This document shows positions 17,678-27,139 of a DNA stretch of 64,000 bases, one piece after another. A program made the translations under genes and the position numbers. Positions within the stretch are counted from its first letter, which is position 1. Each line of letters begins with the position of its first letter. Location: NCBI GenBank assembly GCA_937990725.1, contig CALKQS010000008.1, positions 79,217 through 143,216 on the forward strand. Direction: 5' to 3'. This stretch comes from an uncultured Candidatus Saccharibacteria bacterium. GTDB taxonomy: Bacteria > Patescibacteriota > Saccharimonadia > Saccharimonadales > Saccharimonadaceae. The notes under the pieces are model-generated. The model was not told the origin of the DNA. It saw only the letters and a program-made list of their open reading frames with translations, and searched no databases.

Positions 17678-17686
17678 TGGTATAAT
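17678..17686 (+). promoter_or_regulatory. extended -10 TGgTATAAT, 6 nt upstream of ATG 17693 (leaderless-type)
   Basis: TGGTATAAT at 17678-17686, gap taaact, then ATG 17693. Confidence 0.55.
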
Positions 17687-17692
17687 TAAACT

Positions 17693-20221
17693 ATGCAACT
17701 ACCTCGAGGAAGACAACAACCAGCCCGGATGGGCAGATATGCCAACTTTGGAGAAGTTCGCCAGTCGAAACCACCGCGCCGGAGACGCGAGCATAAACAT
17801 TTCTTGTGGTTTTGGAATATGAACAAAAAGAAGAAGGCGATGGTGATTCTGACGCCGTTTTTGCTGTTTTTGCTGATTGTGCCGATCTTGACATACCTAT
17901 ATTATGCACGTGATATCTCCGACCAAGAGCGGCTGATGAACCGCAACAACACTGGTATCGTCCTCAATGATGTTAATAACAAGCCGCTCTATAGTGTGGG
18001 GCGAGCCCAGCACCGCAATATGGTGAAGCTAGCTGACATCTCTGACAGTATGAAAAATGCGCTACTGGCTAGCGAGGACAAAGACTTCTATAAACACCCT
18101 GGGTTCAGTCTAATCGGTATCTTCCGGGCAGCCTTCCAGCGCCATGGTGGTGGCTCGACCATTACGCAGCAGCTCGCCAAGAACACTGTTCTCACAAGCG
18201 AGCAGACCTTTATGCGTAAGTACCAGGAGCTGTTCGTAGCGCTCGCGATCGAGCAGAATTATACGAAGGACCAAATACTCGAGATGTATCTCAACTCTGT
18301 GTATTATGGCGAAGACTCATTCGGCATCGAGGAGGCAGCCAAGATTTACTTTGGTAAAGCACCAAAGGACCTTACGTTGGCTGAGAGCGCTATGCTTGTT
18401 GGTGTGCTGCCAGCCCCAACTGCTTACTCACCAATTAGCGGCAGCCCAGAAAAGGCCAAGCAGCGTCAAAAGACAGTGCTCGGCCGTATGGTTGACGTGG
18501 GTGCCATTACTAATGAGCAAAAAGACGCAGCATATGCGCAGCAGCTCTCGTATGCATCGACGGCAAACACCGTTAAGTCGATTGCACCACACTTTGCACA
18601 GATGGTTATAAACCAGCTTAAACAGAAGCTATACAGCGCGGAAGATAAAAATGCGTATGATAAGTTAATGCGCTCGGGCTACCAGGTAAAAACAACACTC
18701 AATATGGACACGCAGCAGATGCTAATCGATAACGTTTCCAAACAGATTCCATACCTTAATAACCGTGGTGGTACGAATGCAAGTGGTGTTGTGATAGACG
18801 TCAAGACAGGCCGAGTGCGCGCACTGGTGGGCAGTGCCGACTACAACAACCCGCAGTGGGGTAATGTCAATATGGCAACAACGCCGCGCCAGCCAGGCAG
18901 TAGCTTCAAGCCGATCTACTATGCAGGGGCACTAGCCGAGGGGGTCATTACACCAGCGACAATATTCCAAGATAAGCCAACTGACTTTGGCGGTGGCTAC
19001 CAGCCGCTCAACGCTGACAAACGTTGGCACGGGAGCGTGACGACGCGTCGAGCAATTAGTTGGTCGCTCAATATCCCGAGCGTGGAGATTATGAAGAAGT
19101 TTGGTATTAGTAAGTCGGTTCAAACGGCTAACAATCTTGGTATCTCATCGATTACTCAAGCAACAGGTGAGAAGAATGGTTTGTCTCTCGCACTTGGCTC
19201 CGGTGAGGCATCACTAACGCAAATGACTAATGCCTATGCAGCATTTGGCAACCAAGGGCAGCAATTTGAACTGGGGCTCATTGAGCAGGTTAACGACAAA
19301 TACAACAAGAAAGTTAGCTGGCCCAACGCAACGAGCAAGCGGGCAATTAGCGAAGGCGGGGCCTACTTGATCTCAAACATTTTGTCCGATAATTCGGCAC
19401 GAGCGAGCGTATTTGGCTCAACCCTCACGGTGCCTGGCCATACTGCGGCTGTCAAGACAGGGACGACGAATGATAACAAAGATGCCTGGACAATTGGCTA
19501 TAACCCAGAGTATGCCGTTGGCGTCTGGGTTGGCAATAATGACAATACACCAATGAAAAATGGTGGCTCAGACATGGCAGGGCCAATCTGGCGCAACACA
19601 ATGACGAAACTCTTAGCAGGCCAGTCGAATACTCAATTCCCTGTGCCAAGTGGTGTTGTACAGCGCTCGGTCTGTACGAGCGACGGTGGCCTGGCTACTA
19701 CTGAGAATGCCAAGGGGACGTACAAAGAATACTTCCTAACTGGTGCATTGCCAACCAAGCAGTGTAATGTTGTGCGCACCAAGATCGAGGTCTGTAATCT
19801 CAGTGATAAAAAGATGGAGTCTATTTACGAAGATGACTTCGACAGCACGAAGTACTCAAAGAACAGTTCAGACTGCTCTACGACCAAGCAACAAATCCGT
19901 GTCTGTGACGTCGAGCAAAAGCGCATCATTACCATCGACGAAAAAGACTTTGATAGTAGCCGTTACTCAAAGAACATCGCAAGCTGCCGGTCGTCAAGTA
20001 GTAGGGGAAGCTCTGGCAGTACAAGCGACGACAGTGATAATAGCTCGACCATTAACGGTAATACTCGCCGCCGCAATAATACCGGCAACAGTGGCAATAC
20101 TGGTGGTACGAGTGGTGATAGTTCTGGTACTGGTGGTACGGGCGACGACGACAGTTCTGGGCAGAATAGTCAGAACAATACTGGTGGCAATAACAACAAC
20201 TTCTTCAGGACTAACTTTTAG
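17693..20221 (+). CDS. class A penicillin-binding protein (bifunctional glycosyltransferase/transpeptidase) with a repeat-containing low-complexity C-terminal tail
   Basis: GT51 motifs EDKDFYKHPG and RKYQE. Transpeptidase motifs SSFKP (SxxK), SWSLN (SxN) and KTGTT. The start at 17693 is supported by the leaderless promoter geometry. The alternative ATG 17819 (MNKKKK) would remove a 42-aa basic cytoplasmic extension. Confidence 0.9.
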   Translation: MQLPRGRQQPARMGRYANFGEVRQSKPPRRRREHKHFLWFWNMNKKKKAMVILTPFLLFLLIVPILTYLYYARDISDQERLMNRNNTGIVLNDVNNKPLYSVGRAQHRNMVKLADISDSMKNALLASEDKDFYKHPGFSLIGIFRAAFQRHGGGSTITQQLAKNTVLTSEQTFMRKYQELFVALAIEQNYTKDQILEMYLNSVYYGEDSFGIEEAAKIYFGKAPKDLTLAESAMLVGVLPAPTAYSPISGSPEKAKQRQKTVLGRMVDVGAITNEQKDAAYAQQLSYASTANTVKSIAPHFAQMVINQLKQKLYSAEDKNAYDKLMRSGYQVKTTLNMDTQQMLIDNVSKQIPYLNNRGGTNASGVVIDVKTGRVRALVGSADYNNPQWGNVNMATTPRQPGSSFKPIYYAGALAEGVITPATIFQDKPTDFGGGYQPLNADKRWHGSVTTRRAISWSLNIPSVEIMKKFGISKSVQTANNLGISSITQATGEKNGLSLALGSGEASLTQMTNAYAAFGNQGQQFELGLIEQVNDKYNKKVSWPNATSKRAISEGGAYLISNILSDNSARASVFGSTLTVPGHTAAVKTGTTNDNKDAWTIGYNPEYAVGVWVGNNDNTPMKNGGSDMAGPIWRNTMTKLLAGQSNTQFPVPSGVVQRSVCTSDGGLATTENAKGTYKEYFLTGALPTKQCNVVRTKIEVCNLSDKKMESIYEDDFDSTKYSKNSSDCSTTKQQIRVCDVEQKRIITIDEKDFDSSRYSKNIASCRSSSSRGSSGSTSDDSDNSSTINGNTRRRNNTGNSGNTGGTSGDSSGTGGTGDDDSSGQNSQNNTGGNNNNFFRTNF
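19781..19987 (+). repeat. two tandem ~35-aa two-cysteine modules in the PBP tail
   Basis: KIEVCNLSDKKMESIYEDDFDSTKYSKNSSDC aligns with IRVCDVEQKRIITIDEKDFDSSRYSKNIASC. An S/G/N/T/D-rich tail follows to the stop. Confidence 0.75.
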
Positions 20222-20239
20222 TGCTTTGAGGAGACGTGG

Positions 20240-20815
20240 ATGATTGCTCATATTGCTGGCCAAGTTGATGAGAAGTTTGCGGGTAGTGTCATCATTGATG
20301 TGCAGGGGGTTGGCTATGAGATAGCGGTCGCAGCGCATGATTATGATGCGATGCAGCTTGGTGAGGTAGTCAAGCTCTATACATACCATCATATCCGAGA
20401 GCAAGCGCAGGAGCTGTTTGGCTTTTCGTCGCGGGCAGCTAAGAAGCTATTTGAGCTGCTCATCACCGTGCAGGGTGTGGGCCCCAAGGCAGCACTGGCC
20501 ATCCTCAGCCTTGGTGAGGCTGAGCAGGTGCGCAATGCCTTAGCCAATGCCGATGCGGCCTTTATCCAAAAAGCCAGTGGTGTGGGCAAAAAGACTGCCG
20601 AGCGCGTGGTGGTAGACCTGCGAGATAAGGTGGGCGTGCCAACGTACTATGCTACTCACGACGCGCCTGTGCAGGCAGAGCTTGATACAAACGACGAAGC
20701 ACTCGAAGCGTTGGTTGCGCTGGGCTATACGTTGGCAGATGCCACCAAAGCACTCGCCCATGTTGATACAAGCTTACCCACAGCACAGCGAGTGACAATG
20801 GCTTTGAAGCAGTAA
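20240..20815 (+). CDS. ruvA: Holliday junction branch migration complex subunit RuvA
   Basis: MIAHIAGQV..., HhH motifs LITVQGVGPKAALAIL and ASGVGKKTAERVV. SD GAGGAG upstream. Confidence 0.92.
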   Translation: MIAHIAGQVDEKFAGSVIIDVQGVGYEIAVAAHDYDAMQLGEVVKLYTYHHIREQAQELFGFSSRAAKKLFELLITVQGVGPKAALAILSLGEAEQVRNALANADAAFIQKASGVGKKTAERVVVDLRDKVGVPTYYATHDAPVQAELDTNDEALEALVALGYTLADATKALAHVDTSLPTAQRVTMALKQ

Positions 20816-20837
20816 CAATATAAAGAGAGGAGATGGG

Positions 20838-21257
20838 ATGGCAAAAATATTTGTATCAGGGCAGATTGGTGATATTCCTGTAGTGCAGCGAGTGCAGGCA
20901 GCGCTGATGGCGGCTGGACATGAGATCACTCATGATTGGACACGCAACGAAGGCGGAAGCAAAATGTTGGTTGGCCAGCAGACGAAGTTCGATCAAGCAG
21001 CAGAGTCAGCACGCCGTGCCACGAATGACATGAATGGTGTGACTGAGAGCGACGTCTACGTTATCTGCACCGATAATGAAAAAGCAGGCAAAGGTATGTA
21101 TGTTGAGCTGGGTGGAGCGCTTGCACTCAATACCACCACTGGTTCACCACGAATTTATCTGTTGGGTCAACGCAAGCATGCAACAATCTTTTATTTCCAT
21201 CCCTCGATTCGCTTGTGTGACTCGGTAGATGAAATTATTGCTGACCTTGATCATTGA
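20838..21257 (+). CDS. nucleoside 2-deoxyribosyltransferase-like (NDT-fold) protein
   Basis: MAKIFVSG N-terminus, a D..GV..SDVYV block and GKGMYVELGGALAL (conserved Glu) resemble NDT-like/PF15891-type proteins. Weak, from memory. Confidence 0.4.
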   Translation: MAKIFVSGQIGDIPVVQRVQAALMAAGHEITHDWTRNEGGSKMLVGQQTKFDQAAESARRATNDMNGVTESDVYVICTDNEKAGKGMYVELGGALALNTTTGSPRIYLLGQRKHATIFYFHPSIRLCDSVDEIIADLDH

Positions 21258-21335
21258 TTAGGAATAATGCAAAAAATATGAGATACTAGCACATGGTGTG
21301 AAAATCCTGAGCAGAAAAATTCGGAGAAACCTGAT

Positions 21336-21866
21336 GTGCAGCACATATCTCGCCTAAGAGAAGTGGCAAGTGTGGGGCTGACGGCCCTGCGCTATGGTGG
21401 CGTAGAATATATTGCACAGCAGGCGCGTGACGGCAAGCCGATTGGCCTTGCGCCTGCAGCTTTTATGGCAGCTGATGTTGCTGATGGGCAAATTCTTGAC
21501 GATACGCCACTGCGCCGTGTGACTGACGGCGTGGTGGATACAGCCGCTGTGGTGCGTGTGATGTATGAGCTAGGCAAGCGCTACCCTGAGGCGCGAGCGG
21601 GGATTGCTGCCGTTGCCTTTGGACAGGCAGCAACTGGCGCAGCCAATGCCTACCACCTGGCAAAAACTGGTGAAGTGACCAAGGGTGGGCGCTACAAACG
21701 GGCCGCTAATATCGCTACGGCGGCTTTTGCCGTTGTAGCGGCACGTGGCAATCCAGAGCGAACGCGTCTCGCAGGTGGTATAGCAGCTGGCGTTGTTGCA
21801 GCTACAACAGTGCCACATCTACGTGGAATTGGCAAGCCGACTGGCAAGCAAGTTCGTCGGTTATAA
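21336..21866 (+). CDS. hypothetical Ala-rich protein
   Basis: GTG start after the GGAGA SD. No family recognised. Confidence 0.4.
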   Translation: MQHISRLREVASVGLTALRYGGVEYIAQQARDGKPIGLAPAAFMAADVADGQILDDTPLRRVTDGVVDTAAVVRVMYELGKRYPEARAGIAAVAFGQAATGAANAYHLAKTGEVTKGGRYKRAANIATAAFAVVAARGNPERTRLAGGIAAGVVAATTVPHLRGIGKPTGKQVRRL

Positions 21867-21935
21867 TACGCACAGCTTAGGCGTATAGGCACCTCTGTTG
21901 ACAACTGATGAATTTACCCATATAATAGGACATCT

Positions 21936-22685
21936 ATGTTTGATAAATTTCCTCATTCCTCTAATTCTCAGGTTGATAGTGCACATGAATCGATTAGCCA
22001 GTCAAAGGAGCATTATACAAAAGCCTTTGAAGGGTCGGTAGTTCGAGCTAGTAAGCGCTATCCTGAGCTACCTTACCACCACCCTGGGCACATGAAAGAT
22101 GTGATGGAGGCAGTTGGCGAGCTTGTAGAGCTTTTGCCTGATGATGGCTATCCGCGTGTGATCACTCCATGGCAAAAAGACCTCCTTGCCTTAGCGGCGG
22201 CCTGGCATGATGCTGGTTTTGACGATGATAAGGCTCGGGTATATCCGACGAAGGAAGAGTATGCGATAGCACTCATGAAGGAAGATCTCAAGAGCAATGA
22301 GATTCATCTGACTAGTAGCGACATTGCTTTTCTTGATCGGGCTATTAGGGGTACAATTATGGTGCCTGCGCTCCAACAGCGTGATACACCCGAGGCGAAG
22401 TTGCTCCATCACGCTGATATGGCCTATATGACAGCTGATTGGGAGACATTCTGGCGCGGTGCTGAGGCATTTCACGATGAGGAGCACCCGGACATGTCCT
22501 GGGAGAACTTCCAGAAGTTTGAGGCAAAGTTCTTGCTACAATATATAGAGTCATTGAGGGATGACTTTCAATCACTTGGCATCGCTGAGGACGAAATCCA
22601 AAAACGATTGGATACTCTTGAATCCCATCTCGAGCAACTTGCGACAATGGACAACCCGTGGCCTGAGATGCAGAATAATCGGTAA
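21936..22685 (+). CDS. HD-domain phosphohydrolase-like protein
   Basis: The YHHPGHMKDV ... LALAAAWHDAGF arrangement (H...HD) is typical of HD-superfamily hydrolases. TATAAT at 21921-21926 lies 9 nt before ATG. Confidence 0.55.
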   Translation: MFDKFPHSSNSQVDSAHESISQSKEHYTKAFEGSVVRASKRYPELPYHHPGHMKDVMEAVGELVELLPDDGYPRVITPWQKDLLALAAAWHDAGFDDDKARVYPTKEEYAIALMKEDLKSNEIHLTSSDIAFLDRAIRGTIMVPALQQRDTPEAKLLHHADMAYMTADWETFWRGAEAFHDEEHPDMSWENFQKFEAKFLLQYIESLRDDFQSLGIAEDEIQKRLDTLESHLEQLATMDNPWPEMQNNR

Positions 22686-22735
22686 TGACAAATGTCATCT
22701 CCTCGCTTATAATAAAACGAGAGGAGGTAATAAAA

Positions 22736-23200
22736 ATGAAAAACTGTGACATCTGCCCATTTGTGGTGGAGCAAACAATTGATGACCCGGCGGTGGTCTT
22801 GCAAACTGATCGATGGAATGCAGTGCTCGATCGTAATAATCAGCTATATCTTGGCAAGGGGTTTGTGACGCTACGTGAGCACAAGTCATCGCTTGGCGAA
22901 CTCGATGAGACCGACTGGCGCGAACTCCACGAGGTGATCCGCAGTATGGAGCACGCAATGACCCAGGCATTTGGTGCAGACGTGTGCAACTGGGAATGCT
23001 TGATGAACAACGCCGTTAAGGCTGGGCAATCGACTCACGTCCACTGGCACCTCTATCCACGCTATGCTAACGGTACGCACTTTGCGGGAGAGGATTTTCC
23101 TGACCCAAAGTGGCCACGGCATCTAGAGAGTGGTGAACACCGTGTGAGTGAGGAGCTATTTGGCAAGATTGTCCTGGCAGTGCAAGAGAACTTACCCTAA
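22736..23200 (+). CDS. HIT-family nucleotide hydrolase/transferase
   Basis: Histidine triad HVHWHLYP. N-terminus MKNCDICPF is typical of HIT proteins. SD GAGGAGG lies 7 nt before ATG 22736 (the ORF track starts at 22685). Confidence 0.8.
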   Translation: MKNCDICPFVVEQTIDDPAVVLQTDRWNAVLDRNNQLYLGKGFVTLREHKSSLGELDETDWRELHEVIRSMEHAMTQAFGADVCNWECLMNNAVKAGQSTHVHWHLYPRYANGTHFAGEDFPDPKWPRHLESGEHRVSEELFGKIVLAVQENLP

Positions 23201-23580
23201 GCAAGGAACCATGCCGCTGCAAGGTATATAACAGCCAATATAGCCGGTGCAATTACCATACCCCACTCTTGTTTTTTGAACCCAATAACAACATCGCCAA
23301 TTTGCGCTAAGCTTGCTGCAGCAAAGACAAGCTGCAGTGCAGAACCATTAAACGTAAATGGAGCAACTACCGTAAGTAACCCCAGTGGCAGTGCTCGAGA
23401 AGCGTACATTGCTGCGTAGAATTGCTCGCCATGAGTGATGGTAGTCGAGCGGCTCATCATACCAGGCTTGATGAGTGCAATAAGTGCAGCGATGATCGTT
23501 GCAATGGATGATAGGGTCGTGATGACAAGTATGACAGTATGCATGAGTATAGTAAACCATATGATGAGGTTGCTATGCAA
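23197..23580 (-). CDS. small integral membrane protein, hypothetical
   Basis: 127 aa with four hydrophobic helices. Convergent with the HIT gene, with a 4-nt overlap. Confidence 0.5.
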   Translation of the reverse strand: MHSNLIIWFTILMHTVILVITTLSSIATIIAALIALIKPGMMSRSTTITHGEQFYAAMYASRALPLGLLTVVAPFTFNGSALQLVFAAASLAQIGDVVIGFKKQEWGMVIAPAILAVIYLAAAWFLA

Positions 23581-23597
23581 TCTATCCCCACTACCAA

Positions 23598-23606
23598 TGC
23601 TATAAT
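23598..23606 (+). promoter_or_regulatory. extended -10 TGcTATAAT, 6 nt upstream of the ruvB ATG (leaderless-type)
   Basis: TGCTATAAT, gap aaatct, then ATG 23613. Confidence 0.55.
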
Positions 23607-23612
23607 AAATCT

Positions 23613-24620
23613 ATGGCAATAGAACGAATTGTGGATACCAGTAGCCACGCGGATGATAGCGAGGAGCAGCGCATTGAGGTGACGTTGCGACCACAGCGCT
23701 TTGCGGAGTATGTGGGGCAGGAACGACTGAAGAAGAATTTGCAATTGGCAATTGCGGCGGCCAAGAAGCGTGGTGAGCCGATCGATCATGTCTTGCTCTA
23801 TGGCCCACCTGGCCTTGGCAAGACGACGATGGCGGCGGTGATTGCCAACGAGATGGGGGCTGGCTTGCGAGTCACCAGTGGCCCAGCGATCGAGAAAGCG
23901 GGTGATTTAGCATCGATCTTGACCAATCTTAACGATAGTGATGTGTTGTTTATCGACGAGATCCATCGCTTGGGGCGTGCTGTGGAAGAAATCTTATACT
24001 CGGCGATGGAGGATTTTAAGCTCGATATCGTCATTGGCAAAGGGCCAGCGGCCCGCAGTGTCCGGCTTGATCTACCACGCTTTACAGTGATTGGCGCGAC
24101 GACACGGACGGGGAGCCTTGCAGCACCATTGCGCGACCGATTTGGGCATATCTATCGTTTGGAGTTTTACACTCCAGAGGAGATTGCACAGATTATCACA
24201 CGGGCAGCGACCATCCTCGAGACACGCATCAAGCCAGAGGCGTCGCGATTGCTCTCTACCAGGGCGCGCCTCACGCCACGGATTGCAAATCGCTTGCTTA
24301 AGCGGGTGCGCGACTATGCGGACGTGAATGGTGATGGTATTATTGATGTAACAACGACAACACAGGCGCTAACCCTGCTGGAAGTTGACGAGCTTGGTCT
24401 CGACCCAGCCGATCGTAACCTGCTACTCTCGATGCTCGATACCTATGGCGATAGCCCGGTTGGCCTGACGACAATTGCTGCTCTGACAGGTGATGAGACA
24501 ACGACGATCGAAGACTTCTATGAGCCATATCTCCTGCAGATTGGTTTTATTGAGCGGACGCCGCGAGGCCGGCGGGTGACACCACGGGCACGACAGCATC
24601 TTGGCCGCGCAATGGAGTAA
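23613..24620 (+). CDS. ruvB: Holliday junction branch migration DNA helicase RuvB
   Basis: [12 protein letters not shown], Walker [10 protein letters not shown], Walker [10 protein letters not shown], sensor and winged-helix regions. Confidence 0.95.
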   Translation: MAIERIVDTSSHADDSEEQRIEVTLRPQRFAEYVGQERLKKNLQLAIAAAKKRGEPIDHVLLYGPPGLGKTTMAAVIANEMGAGLRVTSGPAIEKAGDLASILTNLNDSDVLFIDEIHRLGRAVEEILYSAMEDFKLDIVIGKGPAARSVRLDLPRFTVIGATTRTGSLAAPLRDRFGHIYRLEFYTPEEIAQIITRAATILETRIKPEASRLLSTRARLTPRIANRLLKRVRDYADVNGDGIIDVTTTTQALTLLEVDELGLDPADRNLLLSMLDTYGDSPVGLTTIAALTGDETTTIEDFYEPYLLQIGFIERTPRGRRVTPRARQHLGRAME

Positions 24621-24647
24621 GAGGCATGAGGTGATGAGTCCAAGATA

Positions 24648-24656
24648 TGCTACAAT
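24648..24656 (+). promoter_or_regulatory. extended -10 TGcTACAAT, 6 nt upstream of ATG 24663 (leaderless-type)
   Basis: TGCTACAAT, gap ataccc, then ATG. Confidence 0.5.
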
Positions 24657-24662
24657 ATACCC

Positions 24663-25427
24663 ATGAATTCACAACGATTGCAACGCAATGATCCACCACG
24701 GCCCGTCGCCTATGATGTTGATGGCAACCCACTCTACGCCGAGCCTCCCACAGCCCCACGGGCGAGCAGCACTCTCTACGATGTGAGTGGCAAAGAAGGT
24801 GCTCCTCACTACCATGCGCCGCGCCCAGAAGCAAGCGTATCGCGAGTGCCGTCAGAAGTACGCCGCCGCCATGATGAGTCAGTGATGGCCTTCCCGAATC
24901 TCAACCTGAGTGAGCAAGAATACATCATTAGCGTGGTGCGTCGCCACCCGATTGGCATGTTGCCGGCGATTGTTATGTCTACCTTGATGACGAGCATCGT
25001 CTTGGCACTAATGTTTAATTACGATTATATTTTTGACCTTCTCCATCTGCCAGCTTCTGCCTCTGGGTCATTTATGCTGCTGTGTATGGCGCTTATCTTG
25101 GCCTTTATCCTTGGTGGGTATGTGTCGGTCTGGGTCTATACGCGCAATATGTTTTATCTAACGAATGAGAGTGTTATTCAGGAGATTCAGACGAGTATTT
25201 TTTCACACACCGAGCAAACGGTCAGCCTGATGAATATCGAAGATGCCAGCTACAACCAACGCGGCGTGCTCCAAGCGATGTTTAATTATGGCTCCATTCG
25301 CCTCAGTACAGAGGGCGACGAAACAACCTATCGCTTCTCATTCGTAGCCAACCCCAAGCAAGAAATTGCGACGCTCAATAATGCAGTAGAGGACTTCAAG
25401 AACGGCCGGCCAGTGGCAGATGACTAA
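24663..25427 (+). CDS. membrane protein with bacterial PH (bPH_2/YdbT-like) domain
   Basis: A Pro-rich N-terminus, then EQEYIISVVRRHPIGML, two TM helices and a C-terminal beta-rich PH-like module, as in YdbS/YdbT-type proteins. Confidence 0.5.
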   Translation: MNSQRLQRNDPPRPVAYDVDGNPLYAEPPTAPRASSTLYDVSGKEGAPHYHAPRPEASVSRVPSEVRRRHDESVMAFPNLNLSEQEYIISVVRRHPIGMLPAIVMSTLMTSIVLALMFNYDYIFDLLHLPASASGSFMLLCMALILAFILGGYVSVWVYTRNMFYLTNESVIQEIQTSIFSHTEQTVSLMNIEDASYNQRGVLQAMFNYGSIRLSTEGDETTYRFSFVANPKQEIATLNNAVEDFKNGRPVADD

Positions 25428-25446
25428 TACTAGCAGACGTTGATGA

Positions 25447-25481
25447 TAAAAACACCGAGCAGACAAAGCTCGGTGTTTTTT
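25447..25481. terminator. bidirectional intrinsic terminator
   Basis: AAAAACACCGAGC-agacaaa-GCTCGGTGTTTTTT between convergent genes. Confidence 0.7.
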
Positions 25482-25502
25482 GCACATCTATGCGATAGAG
25501 AC

Positions 25503-25901
25503 TTAGGTATTATTGCGGTTGGTCTTGGTGTAGTCTGCCTCTCGCTCTAAGTTGGCAGTGAGTTTGTAGCCTTTACACTGGTTGTCGGTGGTGCAGTCGG
25601 TGCCACTGTAGTGGTAGCTAGACTGGGCGCTGCCAAGCTTGTGGCCATTTGGATCGGTAAAGAGCGATGGATCAACCGAGCGCAGTGTCTTGCTATCGAT
25701 CGTGTTGGGGTAGTGGTTATTTTTCTCAAAATACACTTCTTCCAGGCTATAGTACATCGCGTTAATGGCAGTTTTGCGCTGATTGTCACGCTGCGTCGCT
25801 TCGGTCGCGATTTTCTCACTGAAAAAGAGCCAGCTGCCCGTTGCAAGCAGAGCGATCACAACGATGAGCTCGATGACGGTAAATCCTTTACGTGCCTTCA
25901 T
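25503..25901 (-). CDS. type IV pilin (prepilin-type N-terminal cleavage/methylation domain)
   Basis: MKARKGFTVIELIVVIALLATGS shows the class III signal peptide: G-1, F+1, E+5 and a hydrophobic helix. Confidence 0.85.
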   Translation of the reverse strand: MKARKGFTVIELIVVIALLATGSWLFFSEKIATEATQRDNQRKTAINAMYYSLEEVYFEKNNHYPNTIDSKTLRSVDPSLFTDPNGHKLGSAQSSYHYSGTDCTTDNQCKGYKLTANLEREADYTKTNRNNT

Positions 25902-25907
25902 GGTGTT

Positions 25908-25916
25908 ATTATAGCA
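25908..25916 (-). promoter_or_regulatory. extended -10 TGcTATAAT, 6 nt upstream of the pilin ATG (leaderless-type)
   Basis: The minus strand reads TGCTATAAT-aacacc-ATG. Confidence 0.55.
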
Positions 25917-26083
25917 TGCTCATCATAAAACACCTCACCCCTTACACAAAACACCTATTACCATTCTGGGGTCAAACGAAATGGAGGAGTGAAACTCCGA
26001 GGCGTAGCACAAAAATGAATCGGTAACGCGTTTGAAGCTTCTTAACATAAATCAATCTCTACGCGGACAACGGCAAGAGATTC

Positions 26084-26092
26084 TGGTATAAT
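26084..26092 (+). promoter_or_regulatory. extended -10 TGgTATAAT of the recA promoter
   Basis: TGGTATAAT at 26084-26092. The predicted TSS near 26099 gives an 18-nt leader carrying the SD AAGGAGAGG. Confidence 0.55.
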
Positions 26093-26116
26093 AAATTCTT
26101 GAAGGAGAGGGGACGT

Positions 26117-27139
26117 ATGACCAAACAATCGAATACGACACAAACCACAGACGACGGCAAGCTCAAAGCGCTTGGCCTCGCGATGGATCAGATTACAAAA
26201 CAATTTGGCGATGGCGCCATTATGAAGCTTGGCGAGTTCCACCAAGCAGACGTAGCGGTGATTCCGTCTGGCTCGCTGAGCCTCGATCTTGCGCTGGGCG
26301 GCGGCTACCCCAAGGGGCGCATCATCGAGATTTATGGGCCAGAGAGTAGTGGTAAGACGACGCTCACGCTGCATGCTATTGCTGAGATTCAGAAACAAGG
26401 TGGCACAGCGGCCTTTGTTGATGCCGAGCATGCGCTCGACCCGAGCTATGCTAAGAAGCTTGGCGTCGATACAGACAACCTTTTGGTATCACAGCCAGAT
26501 AATGGTGAGCAAGCGCTGGAGATCACAGAGACGCTGGTGCGGTCGAATGCCGTTGATCTCATTGTGGTAGACTCGGTGGCAGCGCTGACGCCCCAAGCTG
26601 AGATTGACGGCGACATGGGTGATTCACATATGGGTCTCCAGGCTCGCTTGATGAGCCAAGCACTGCGCAAACTCACCGGGATTATCAACAAGAGCAAAGC
26701 AACCGTCATTTTCATCAACCAGATTCGCATGAAGATCGGCGTAATGTTTGGCAATCCTGAGACAACGACCGGTGGTAATGCGCTAAAGTTCTATGCCTCG
26801 CAGCGGGTGGATATCCGCCGGATTGGGCAGATCAAAGTGGGTGACGACATTCGCGGTAACCGCACAAAGGTAAAGGTGGTAAAGAACAAGATAGCGCCGC
26901 CCTTCCGCGTTGCTGAGTTTGACATTATGTATAATGAAGGCATTTCTAAGACTGGCGACATCTTGGATTTGGCGGCTACGCACGGCATTGTCGAAAAATC
27001 TGGTGCCTTCTACAAATATAACGGCGAGACCATCGGTCAGGGTCGCGACAAAACTAAATTGTATCTGAAAGAAAACCCTGAAGTCCTGGCAGAAATTGAC
27101 CAGAAGGTACGTGACAAAGTAAAAGAAGCAGAAAACTAA
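26117..27139 (+). CDS. recA: recombinase RecA
   Basis: Walker [11 protein letters not shown] and the L1/L2 regions, full-length similarity. Start ATG 26117 behind a strong SD (the ORF track's TTG 26099 is rejected). Confidence 0.97.
   Translation: MTKQSNTTQTTDDGKLKALGLAMDQITKQFGDGAIMKLGEFHQADVAVIPSGSLSLDLALGGGYPKGRIIEIYGPESSGKTTLTLHAIAEIQKQGGTAAFVDAEHALDPSYAKKLGVDTDNLLVSQPDNGEQALEITETLVRSNAVDLIVVDSVAALTPQAEIDGDMGDSHMGLQARLMSQALRKLTGIINKSKATVIFINQIRMKIGVMFGNPETTTGGNALKFYASQRVDIRRIGQIKVGDDIRGNRTKVKVVKNKIAPPFRVAEFDIMYNEGISKTGDILDLAATHGIVEKSGAFYKYNGETIGQGRDKTKLYLKENPEVLAEIDQKVRDKVKEAEN

Noticed and set aside
21336-21866. Possible CDP-alcohol phosphatidyltransferase motif in ADVADGQILDDTPLRRVTDGVVD.
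   Set aside because: The spacing and key residues of D-G-x2-A-R-x8-G-x3-D-x3-D are not met (no AR, wrong G/D spacing). The protein also lacks the expected number of TM helices. Left as hypothetical.
26099-26116. TTG start for recA at 26099, which obeys the -10-N6 rule.
   Set aside because: Leaderless initiation needs AUG. The 18 nt between 26099 and 26117 contain a strong SD (AAGGAGAGG) correctly spaced before ATG 26117, and RecA homologues start near MTKQ.
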